The notes under the pieces were generated by a model. The model saw nothing but the letters and a program-made list of their open reading frames with translations, made no database searches and was not told the DNA's origin. A DNA stretch of 64,000 nucleotides from an uncultured Verrucomicrobiae bacterium (lineage in GTDB: Bacteria; Verrucomicrobiota; Verrucomicrobiia; Limisphaerales; Palsa-1400). A program made the position numbers and the translations under genes. The stretch is taken from the NCBI GenBank assembly GCA_963764165.1, contig CAVXRD010000001.1, positions 1,632,001 to 1,696,000 on the forward strand, read 5' to 3'. Positions 41,539-50,418 of the stretch are shown here, piece after piece; position 1 is the first letter of the stretch, and every line of letters starts with the position of its first letter.

Positions 41539-43989
41539 TTACGGGGATACCATTCGATAAAATCGCGCCATTCCTGATGGCGAGTTTGTATCGGCGAACA
41601 TCGTTGAATTATTCGAGGCTAAACTGGCGCTGCCAATCAAGTTAATCCACATCGGCGGATCGAGCCGGGCTGTCGTCTCAATATGATAGACAAAGCCCGG
41701 CTCCGTCTCGCATGTGAGCAGAAGGCCGTTGCTGCCTTTCACAGCCACTGCGCTTATAACCGGCGCGGGCGGAAGGAAGCCAGCCTGTTCGATGACGGGG
41801 CCGTCCAACGCAATAGTAGCAGGATTGTTCCCGCCGGAATAGGAACCATTGCCAGTGCCAGCCCAGCTGCCGAAAGCAAATCCATTGGATGGCGCAGCTC
41901 CGATGTTGATGGATTGGCCGCTATTGACCCACATGCTGGCGGGGCTGACGGAGCCGCCGGGGCCGGAATTCAGAGTCAGAAAATATTGCGCGGCAAAGTT
42001 CACTGTTACATTGGTGTTTGAGGTTGGACTGATGTTATGCGTAATCGCTCCGCCATCGCTCCATGAACTCCAAACGTACTGCGCGCCGCGCCCGGTGCTC
42101 AAAGTGCTCGGCGCGCCGAGGGAGTGGCTCGAACCAGGAGCCCACGCAAACGTGCTCGCGTTGGTGTAGCTTGCGTCATCCACAAGGTAGACGCTGTTCG
42201 GCAGATTGGCCTGCACCGAGACACTCACGGCATTGGATATAAAGTAGAAATTGAATGTCCCGGAATCATTCTCGAACTCCGGCACGACAGAATTGCTGAC
42301 AATCAAACTCCCGCTGGGGCATCCGTTCAGGCACTTGGCCCACCAGGCATTCTGGCCTGATATGTTATCCAAATTATAACCATCAATATTGATAGCCGTG
42401 GCGGCCGCATTGCTTAGCCCTCCGGCGCTTCCCAGGACGCTCACGGCGGAAGAGATGCTGTCAATTAGATTCAACCGATTGAGATTGAGCCCGGAAATCC
42501 CTTTGTAGTTGGTGTTGTCCATGACGATTTGAACAGCCGAACGCCAGCCGTAACCGCCATCATAGCCGCCACAGCGGACGAGATCGCAATACTGCGCGAT
42601 ATTCGTGCCGCTAAATGAAAACGAAACATTGAACGTGGTGCTGAACAGAATGCCGCAGCCATAGGGAATGTCCGAGAACAGCGAATCTTCAACCCGATTG
42701 TTGGCGCCCCCATAGATTGCCCCGCCGTTGGCGAGAAAGGGCAGCTCGCCGGTGCAATGGGTAACGACGTTGTTGGCGGGAGTGTAGTTTCCCGAATTTG
42801 GCGACGGCCACATGGCGAAACAGTCGTCGCCCGTGCCGCGCGTCGCGCAGTTGGTGACCACGGTATTTTGCATGGCGTAATTGACATTGATGCCATCGGC
42901 AAGTGTGTCCCGAAACCGGCAGCCATCCACCAGCAGACCGCTGGAATTATAGATCCAGGCGGCGGACTTGGTGTGCTCGACCCAGATGCGCGAGATGCTG
43001 GAACCCGTGCCATAGCTTCCTCCCAGGCCGTCATTTCCTTCGGAGTCGTTACGATAATTCAGGCGTCCCAGAATCGCAAAATCCGCCAGCTTGATGTTGC
43101 TGCCGGATCCGACGAGGTTCACGCGCCGCGACTGGTTTGTGTAAAGCACCGGACTTCCCACCAGCGTCGAGTGCCACATGCCCGCGCCAGTGATCTGCGT
43201 GTTTGCATTCAAGGTAATGGTCCCGGTGATCAAATAATTGCCGGGCGGAATCCACACGGCTTTGTTTTGCGATCGCGCGGCGGTGATGCAATTTTGGAAC
43301 GCCGCCGTGCAATCGGTGACGCCATCGCCAACCGCGCCGTAATTGGTTACCGAAAAGGAATTCGCCGGCTGCGCCAGCGCCGCTGGGACATTTTCAACAT
43401 CGACAAGGTCAATATCGTAATAAGCGGCGGAGTCCGTGGAATTCTTTTGAAGTTTCACGATGCAACCGGCGTCCAGTTTCAGGCCGTTGATGCGCGCCTC
43501 GTCAAAGAAGTTTCTAGGGAATCCATAATTCGGATTATTGGAAAATGGATAATTGCCATAAAGCCAGGAATATTTGGAAGTCACGGGTAGGGTGGCGGCG
43601 AACGATCCGTTCGTGTAAAGACTCAAGGTGTAATCCGCTCCCACCCCATCGGTTGTATCCGGCACGCAGTAACGAACCACCAACGAAGTGCCGGGTAGTT
43701 GATTCGTAAACTGAATGTACTGGCCGGTGGCATTCAATTGCGCGCACATCCGGCCCGACGCTTCGGTCGTAACCCGGCTGGGGTCGTAGGTCGGCCCCAA
43801 TATCGAACCCCCGCTGACAAACATGTTTTCCGCCTCATACGTCGTCCAGGGAACCGACGCTCCCGTGCCAGCTTTGACTCTTATGTCAGCAACGAATATC
43901 AGGAGAAGCAGCCCAAGAAGGAATCTCGCCTTTGCGCTCCATGCGCCGACTAGTCCCCGAACGAGGGCAGAAGGGAAATTATGGGACAT
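41539..43989 (-). CDS. GH87-like alpha-1,3-glucanase/mycodextranase (beta-helix) with InlB-B-like repeat and RFYR C-terminal domain
   Basis: GASVPWTTYEAE, VRYCVPD, FFDEAR, GAGMWHS, WVEHTK, ADGIN, TGDDCFAMW. Confidence 0.8.
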   Translation of the reverse strand: MSHNFPSALVRGLVGAWSAKARFLLGLLLLIFVADIRVKAGTGASVPWTTYEAENMFVSGGSILGPTYDPSRVTTEASGRMCAQLNATGQYIQFTNQLPGTSLVVRYCVPDTTDGVGADYTLSLYTNGSFAATLPVTSKYSWLYGNYPFSNNPNYGFPRNFFDEARINGLKLDAGCIVKLQKNSTDSAAYYDIDLVDVENVPAALAQPANSFSVTNYGAVGDGVTDCTAAFQNCITAARSQNKAVWIPPGNYLITGTITLNANTQITGAGMWHSTLVGSPVLYTNQSRRVNLVGSGSNIKLADFAILGRLNYRNDSEGNDGLGGSYGTGSSISRIWVEHTKSAAWIYNSSGLLVDGCRFRDTLADGINVNYAMQNTVVTNCATRGTGDDCFAMWPSPNSGNYTPANNVVTHCTGELPFLANGGAIYGGANNRVEDSLFSDIPYGCGILFSTTFNVSFSFSGTNIAQYCDLVRCGGYDGGYGWRSAVQIVMDNTNYKGISGLNLNRLNLIDSISSAVSVLGSAGGLSNAAATAINIDGYNLDNISGQNAWWAKCLNGCPSGSLIVSNSVVPEFENDSGTFNFYFISNAVSVSVQANLPNSVYLVDDASYTNASTFAWAPGSSHSLGAPSTLSTGRGAQYVWSSWSDGGAITHNISPTSNTNVTVNFAAQYFLTLNSGPGGSVSPASMWVNSGQSINIGAAPSNGFAFGSWAGTGNGSYSGGNNPATIALDGPVIEQAGFLPPAPVISAVAVKGSNGLLLTCETEPGFVYHIETTARLDPPMWINLIGSASLASNNSTMFADTNSPSGMARFYRMVSP

Positions 43990-44045
43990 TGGCGAGCGCA
44001 CCGCATCCAGTTTTGTATTTCCGATCATCCGCCATTTCAAGAACG

Positions 44046-44079
44046 ATCCGTCGAGCCGGGACTTGCCGACTCGACGGAT
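44046..44079 (-). terminator. Intergenic stem-loop downstream of the Ig-domain gene (terminator or mRNA stabiliser)
   Basis: Minus strand atccgtcgagtcgg-caagtc-ccggctcgacggat, 14-bp stem with one GU; weak U tail. Confidence 0.5.
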
Positions 44080-44110
44080 GCTCAACAGTCTTCGGGGGCG
44101 GTATGCGCGT

Positions 44111-46529
44111 CTAGTGCGTGAATAAGCGATAGAATCGGCTGGCGTTGGTGCCAATCGTGTCCGGCACCGAAACATTCAAGCCAGTGCCGTTGGTGGTTGT
44201 CAACGTATTCCAAGCCTTGTCCGTCAAGTTTGTCTTGTATTGGACGGAGTAGTTATGATTGATCACCGTCGGGAATCCGACGCTGAGTTTTGCCCCACCC
44301 CGGCTGACCGAGGTTATTGGCGAGTAGACCTGCACTTGCACAGCGCCTTGGGTGATCGGATTCGTGGCGGAATTATCAGGACCCCAGAGGCCGAAACCAT
44401 ACTGAATGTGGTCGCCCGCGGTCGACGCCACCGTCACAGTGAACGGCTGGCCCGCCACCAGGGGCGCGTCGTAGCGATGCTCGACGCCCCAGCTCGGGGA
44501 ACCATCTTTGATCCAGGCCCTTGCCGTGTAGTTGGAATTCAACGAATTGCTCGTGCAGATGCCTGAAAACGTAAGCACATCTCCCGCCAGGTTGTCATTT
44601 TGAATGTAGTAATCCTGCTCCATGTAGGCGGCGGACGAGCCGTCTGGATTAATGTAGGCAGAATTGACCGGGTTGGTGGCGCCGTCATAAACATAGGTGT
44701 TCGGTTGCAGTGTGATTACATCATTGGATGTATTCATCGTGGCCCGCAGCAATGTCGTAGGCGCGACGGCAAAACCAAAACTGGCTGCCGGGCTTGTGCC
44801 CGCGGCGCCGCTGGAAGGCGGAGACGAAATGAGGTTGCCGCCATTCCAAACGTTGATATACCCATCGAACGGGGCCAGGGCGCGGTCGAAATACAGCCAG
44901 GTCGGATTATAAACCACCAGCGTCACGAGGCTGGTGGCCGACAATGAACTTGAGTCCGTAACAACTACTTTGTAGGTCCCTTCCTCCAATGGCTGCACGT
45001 TGGCCAGGCTGAGCGTGTTGGATGCGGATCCCGAGATGCCGCCGCCATCGGTGAGATTCGCCCCGTTTTGCGACCATTGATACTTCAGCCCATTGCCGGT
45101 GGCGTTCACCGCGAAGGAAACGTTGGAACCGACATTGACGCTGGCCGAACTGGGCGTCACCGACAGGATTTGCGGGCCGGCGGAAACCACGGCGTTGCTT
45201 GAGAAGAGCACGTAGCCCAACGGCCCCACATAATTCGCCGCCGCCGGGTTTGTGCGCGCAGGCAAGCCCTGCCATTCGAAGCCCCATTGAACGTGGTCTC
45301 CGGTCGTGTTGATTACTTTGCTAATGGTAAACGTTTGCCCATTCGTGAGGCTGGAAAGTGGCACCGTCGTCTCCCCATAATAAGCCCAGCCCGTGCTGAA
45401 GTCCTTGATGAAGGCCACCAATGAGCTGGCCATCCCGGCGTCCGTCAAGGCGTTCGTCACCAGCGTGCCGGAGAAAACGACTGTGTCGCCGCCCCTCGCG
45501 CCGGTGGAGGTGCTGTCAACATAAAATGTATTGTCGTAGGTCGCAATCGGCCCGCTTGTCCCGGAGTCGTCGGACCAAATGGTGGTATCGGTGTGAAAAT
45601 ATGTGTCCAGGCTGATATCAGGGGCGCAATTCACCACGCCCTCGCTGCTAATCGTGCCTTGAAGATCGGGAGTCTGGCCACCGACGCCGAGATAACCGCT
45701 GGCGTTGCCATAATTGTTGCCGAACTCATCGGTCACATTGCGATAACCAGCCCATGACTGCGAAGGATCCAGATAAACGTAGACATTCGTCGGCGGTGGC
45801 GGCGGCGGCACGTAGCCACCATTGGTGCTGATGATCGCCTGCCCGTAGCTGGCCGCATCCACCGAGCGCACGGGAGGGCCGGACCATTCCAAGCCGGTAC
45901 TGGACGAAATCGCCGGTTCCGTAGACCGATGGAAAGGTCAGCGAGAAAGGCTGTCCGTTCGTGAGCGTGCTTATCGCCAGCGTCACGTAGCCGTGAAAAC
46001 CCCACGACGAGTCATAGTCTTTGATGAAAATAACGGCGTTGCCGCTGTAAGGTTCCGCCAGAGTGTTCGTCACCAGGGTGCCGGTGAAAATGATCGAGTC
46101 CCCGGCGCTGGCGTTGTTATACTGTGTGTAAATGTCGCTCAGCGTCTTGCATATGGCGGGGCTTGTTCCCGTAGCATCGGCCCAAATGTTGGTATCGACA
46201 TTGTAGGGGCTGGTCACGTCCGGCCAATCATCAGCTCCGATGGTCAGGTTGCCGGAAGTGTCCACCGAGGAATTGTTCGGGAAAGATCCGCCCCCGCCGT
46301 CCCCTCCAGACCCTAAATAGAGCGAAATGTAAGCTGGCTGCGTTGTCGCCGTCAGTCCATTGGTAAAGACGTTTTCGTAACCATAAAACGTGTTGTTCGG
46401 GTCAGTGATGACATAGTCCGGGTTCGCCTGGGCTTCAAAAGTCCCAAGCCCTGTCACAACGGCGGTCAGGCCGGCGGCAAATAGGAATCCTGCTCGTTTG
46501 CTTATCATATTTAATCTGGGTTTTCTCAT
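44111..46529 (-). pseudogene. Secreted protein with three copies of an unknown ~190-aa domain, an Ig domain and an RFYR C-terminus; frameshifted near 45896 (real lesion or error)
   Basis: ORFs 45726-46529 and 44111-45892 join as GDFVQY-GLEWSG (compare repeat 2, GDHVQWGFEWQG) if one C is removed from CAG TAC C GGC. Confidence 0.8.
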
Positions 46530-46637
46530 AAATTTGAGGTGGCCGCTGATCGGTGCAATGGCGTCAGCGAGACGATTTCTCTGCGTTTCGTAGTCATTGG
46601 GACAGCTTGTTTATATCACAGCCGCGTTTGGCCGCAC

Positions 46638-46656
46638 GTCGCATGAAATGGTGACA
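46638..46656 (-). promoter_or_regulatory. Putative activator site, copy 1
   Basis: gtcgcatgaaatggtgaca, 22 nt from a minus-strand TATAAA; 17/19 identical to 50244-50262. Confidence 0.65.
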
Positions 46657-46681
46657 AGGGCCGACTTCTGGAGAGAATCGT

Positions 46682-46968
46682 GGTAGAGCGAGGCTCCTGC
46701 CGAGTCATCCCCATGATTCCCATTCTTCGCATGAAGTTGGGAGCTATGAATATAATGGGACGGCTCGGCAGGAGGCCCCAACCAACAAAGTTGGTGGGAA
46801 GTGCCAATGAACCGAAGTGGGATGCGGGACGCGAGGCGCGTCCCGCTGCACGCGGGGGCGCGTGCGCTCCCCGGATTCAGAGGCCTGGGGAGCACACGCG
46901 CCTCGCGTGTCGCGCTCGGCGCCTCGCCGAGCGCTTCCCCTGTGGTTCATTGGCAGCCTCGCCCTACC
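46682..46968. repeat. Mosaic REP cluster (family A arms plus another palindromic family)
   Basis: ggtagagcgaggctcctgccgag, ggctcggcaggag, gcgggacgcgaggcgcgtcccgc, gcgctcggcgcctcgccgagcgc, gcctcgccctacc. Confidence 0.8.
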
Positions 46969-49252
46969 GCCCTCCGGAAATCTTGGACTGCAGCCACGCA
47001 ATTTGATTTTGCGCGCGGGCATTGTTCGGTTCCAGCTTTAGCACGGCCTCAAACTCCTGTTTGGCGCCGAGCCATTGCTGCTGGCGCAGCAGCCATGTGC
47101 CGTAGTCGAACCGATACGCCACGGAGTCCGCATTGAATCGCGCGGCTTGCTGGAACTCCGGGCCAGCCGCCTCGTTTTCCCCTGCCGCAACCAGCTCGAG
47201 CGCCAGTTCGTGGTGGATCAACGCATCCGCCGGGCGCAGCGCGAGGCCGGCGCGATAGCTCGCAACGGCTTCGGCATGGCGGCTCAAATGGCCGAGCACT
47301 TTGCCGCGCCGCAAATACGTCTGCGGATCGTGCGAATCCTGTTTAAGCGCGGTGGCAAACGCATCAAGGGCCTCGGGGTATTTTTTTTGCATGGCAAGCG
47401 CGTTTCCAAGTTCAATCCAGCCATCGGTGCGGCTTGGTCGCATGGCCAGCGTTCGGCGCAGCATGGTTTCGGCTTCCGCGTAATGCTGCAACGGCACCGA
47501 CAGCCTCCCCGCTTCAAAATCGCCCAGCGGGTCATGTGGCACCAAGTCGCGAAAATGCTCCCATTGCGACTCCGCCGCCGGAATGTCGCCAGACAGCTCC
47601 AAAAATATCGCGTAGTTTTCGCGAAGGGAAAAATCGTCCGGCCGCTGGGAAACACATGTTTCAAAATCGATGCGTGTCTGCGCAGCCCGATCGTGGTCGG
47701 CCGCCGCGAGCGCGGCCTTGATGCGGGATTCCAAAGTGGCTTTCCGCAGGTCATTGTTCGCCTGTGTGCTTAACGGCGGAAGCTCCATCCGCTCCACCAT
47801 AAAGTGGATGACTTGCGATCGATTCCAGAGCGAAAGCCCAATCTGCCGTTCACATTCAGCCTGCGAAATCCAGCCGTTCGCGCTGGGTGGAAAAAGCTTG
47901 GAGATTTGCCCGGCCCAAGCGCGAGCGAGCCGGTAGCGCGCGTCGAAATCAAAATGAACATGCTCGAAAAAAGTTTCATCGCCGCAAATTCCCGTGGCAC
48001 TTCCTCCGGCGAGCGCCTCGGCGGCGTCGCATAGGATTAGGCGGTCACTCTTCGCGCGTTCCGGTTCGCCGCGGATGGCAGAATTAATTCGCGAGTCCGC
48101 GCGAAACGGCAGCGCGTCGCAATCGCAAGCCAATTGAAAATGCGCCCGTGCCTGCGCGAAGTTTGTGCGCGCCAGAAAATATTCGCCCCACAAGTATTGG
48201 AGATCCGCGCGCTGATCGTCCAGTTGCGCCGCTTGCGCAAACGCGCTTTCGGCCGCATCCCATTGCCGCTGGACAACGGCCTGATGGCAATGGGCCAGAA
48301 GCGTGTCGAACTCAGCGCGCTGGGCTGGCGAGACGCCGGCTCGCGGCAGCGCGGCGAACGGCGGGCAATCCCGCAGATTCACGCCTACCGTGCTCAGCAA
48401 AACTGTGGCGCCTGAACGGACCCCGGCGCGAACGATGTCATCCAGATTTTTTTGAAAATTTCGATAGACCGTTTCGCGCATGGGGCTGTCGGGAGGAACT
48501 TGGTTGTTGAGGAACATCTCCATGCCTCCCCAAGCCGCGCCTTCCCTGCTCTGCCCGCTGCGCCGCCGTCCCAACGCCGCCAGCCATTGGCCAATCCGAA
48601 ACTTCTGCGAGGCCGTGACCAGCCTCGTAAACGGCAGGCTTGGCGCCTGGCGGCCAAACACAGTCGCCGCTCCGTAGGGCCCCACCATCTCGTTGTTGCC
48701 CATGTAAACAATCCACAAATCGCCATCGTGCTGGGCGCATTCGCGGGCAATTGGCAGAATGACATGCGAGTCGATGGCCGTCACTGCAGTATTGATCACC
48801 TCGAACTTTCGCTCTGGATATTTTTCGCGCAGTAGCATTTCAAGGTAACGGTCCGGCGCGACGCTTTCGGCCGGATCGCCCATCGCCGCCGATTCTCCCA
48901 GGATGAAAATGCGAAAAGTCCCCAGCGCTTTGTGAACTGGAAATCGCAGCGGGCCGGTGGTGCGCACCATGCTCTTGGGAAAAAAGGTCAATCCGAAATC
49001 TTCGTTTTGGACAAAATAATCCGCCCCGCCAATTTGGACGCGCCTGAAAAAACTTGGGTTGTAACCGTAGCCGGCCAGCCGCAGGCATAGCTCGATTGCG
49101 GTCAATAATAGAAAAGGCAGCGCGAGAAGCGCGAAGCGAAAAAACCATCGCCGCCCGCGCGATAGCGGGATGGGATTGGCTGCTGTTGAACCGTTGCTTT
49201 TTTTGCCGGCCTTCAAGCTGAACTTTGGCTTCTGGCCGGCGCAGCAGTCCAC
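46964..49252 (-). CDS. Membrane-anchored SGNH-like/TPR protein
   Basis: N-terminal TM helix, FILGESAAMG, YMGNNE, FFEHVHF, multiple TPRs. Confidence 0.8.
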   Translation of the reverse strand: MDCCAGQKPKFSLKAGKKSNGSTAANPIPLSRGRRWFFRFALLALPFLLLTAIELCLRLAGYGYNPSFFRRVQIGGADYFVQNEDFGLTFFPKSMVRTTGPLRFPVHKALGTFRIFILGESAAMGDPAESVAPDRYLEMLLREKYPERKFEVINTAVTAIDSHVILPIARECAQHDGDLWIVYMGNNEMVGPYGAATVFGRQAPSLPFTRLVTASQKFRIGQWLAALGRRRSGQSREGAAWGGMEMFLNNQVPPDSPMRETVYRNFQKNLDDIVRAGVRSGATVLLSTVGVNLRDCPPFAALPRAGVSPAQRAEFDTLLAHCHQAVVQRQWDAAESAFAQAAQLDDQRADLQYLWGEYFLARTNFAQARAHFQLACDCDALPFRADSRINSAIRGEPERAKSDRLILCDAAEALAGGSATGICGDETFFEHVHFDFDARYRLARAWAGQISKLFPPSANGWISQAECERQIGLSLWNRSQVIHFMVERMELPPLSTQANNDLRKATLESRIKAALAAADHDRAAQTRIDFETCVSQRPDDFSLRENYAIFLELSGDIPAAESQWEHFRDLVPHDPLGDFEAGRLSVPLQHYAEAETMLRRTLAMRPSRTDGWIELGNALAMQKKYPEALDAFATALKQDSHDPQTYLRRGKVLGHLSRHAEAVASYRAGLALRPADALIHHELALELVAAGENEAAGPEFQQAARFNADSVAYRFDYGTWLLRQQQWLGAKQEFEAVLKLEPNNARAQNQIAWLQSKISGGR

Positions 49253-49256
49253 CGCC

Positions 49257-50186
49257 TTAGTTTTGCGGAGTGCGGGCCGCCAGCCAAAGCATGTCCGGGT
49301 CGTTGATCAAACACGAAACCTGATCCGCGCCTTGGAAAGTCACCCTTGTGTGGGCTTTCATCACCGGGCCGTTCCAGCTATGGATTTCAGCATGGCCATC
49401 CGCGAACGTCAAGCCGCACCGTCCGGCATGCTGGTTTCCGGGAAGTTCTGTGAAGCTGGTGACGGGATAGGACGCCGTGTAAAGAATGGTGTCATCAATG
49501 CTGTCGGGATGCTCGTCCATGACCAGCCAGGAGCCGGAAGGGCCGGGCGTGTGAAAATCACCGGTCTTTTTGGCCACAAACCAATTGGTCCAGCCGAAAG
49601 GCTCCGGCGCATCATATTTGGCGCCGTCGCCAATCGCCGCGTTCATGGCGATGCTGCGAACCCGGTGGCTCCATCCAAAACTGCGCTGAACCGGGCTTAC
49701 AAAATTGGCGGCCGGACAAGCGTAAATTTTTGGGTTTTTCGCGATGTAAGGCCCGAGCGAAGCGTACGTTTCGCTGACGATGAGAGCTTCGTTGGTATTG
49801 TACAAGCCCGCCGTCCAATCGATTTTGCCGCTCGCCCACGAAATTGTGCCGTTGTAAGCAATGGACCCGCTGAACTGAAAGTCGTTGTTGAACGCCACGC
49901 ATTCCCGGAAATCCCCGGCATACATCGTCCAGGCGACGCCGACTTGTTTTTTATCGCTCATGCAGGAAGTGGCCACGGCCTGTTCCTTGGCGTTGCTGAG
50001 CGCGGGCAGCAGCAAGGCGGCTAGAATGGCGATGATCGCAATCACCACCAGAAGTTCGATCAAGGTGAAAGCTTTTTTTGGAGAGGGCTGTCCCGGTCCA
50101 TTGATGCTGCTCTGGCGGAATAGTGTTTTCATTTTGCCGAACTGCCGGCCAGCCTTCGATGAACGCAGATTTAGGCGGCAATTCAT
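49257..50186 (-). CDS. Prepilin-type N-terminal cleavage/methylation protein with H-X9-DG motif (DUF1559-like)
   Basis: [42 protein letters not shown]. Confidence 0.92.
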   Translation of the reverse strand: MNCRLNLRSSKAGRQFGKMKTLFRQSSINGPGQPSPKKAFTLIELLVVIAIIAILAALLLPALSNAKEQAVATSCMSDKKQVGVAWTMYAGDFRECVAFNNDFQFSGSIAYNGTISWASGKIDWTAGLYNTNEALIVSETYASLGPYIAKNPKIYACPAANFVSPVQRSFGWSHRVRSIAMNAAIGDGAKYDAPEPFGWTNWFVAKKTGDFHTPGPSGSWLVMDEHPDSIDDTILYTASYPVTSFTELPGNQHAGRCGLTFADGHAEIHSWNGPVMKAHTRVTFQGADQVSCLINDPDMLWLAARTPQN

Positions 50187-50243
50187 AATTATATTTTACG
50201 GGCTGTTTCATGTTGAATTTACAACGCCGCCAATTTCCTGACA

Positions 50244-50262
50244 GTCGCATGAATTGGGGACA
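50244..50262 (-). promoter_or_regulatory. Putative activator site, copy 2
   Basis: gtcgcatgaattggggaca, 22 nt from a minus-strand TAAATT. Confidence 0.65.
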
Positions 50263-50418
50263 GGAAAGATTTCATCTGGAACTCATGAAATCAGGAAAGA
50301 GGCCCGGAGAACTTTATAACTCCCCTGTTTCCCATTCCTCCCATCCGCTTCGCTGAGTCGAATAACTTTTTTTGTTCGCCACCGGAGCGCTATTTCCCCA
50401 TAATGCCTCTCGAACCCT

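Noticed and set aside
21940..46968. Repeats as a possible CRISPR array or IS ends
   Set aside because: Dispersed inverted doublets with no regular spacers, cas genes or transposase.
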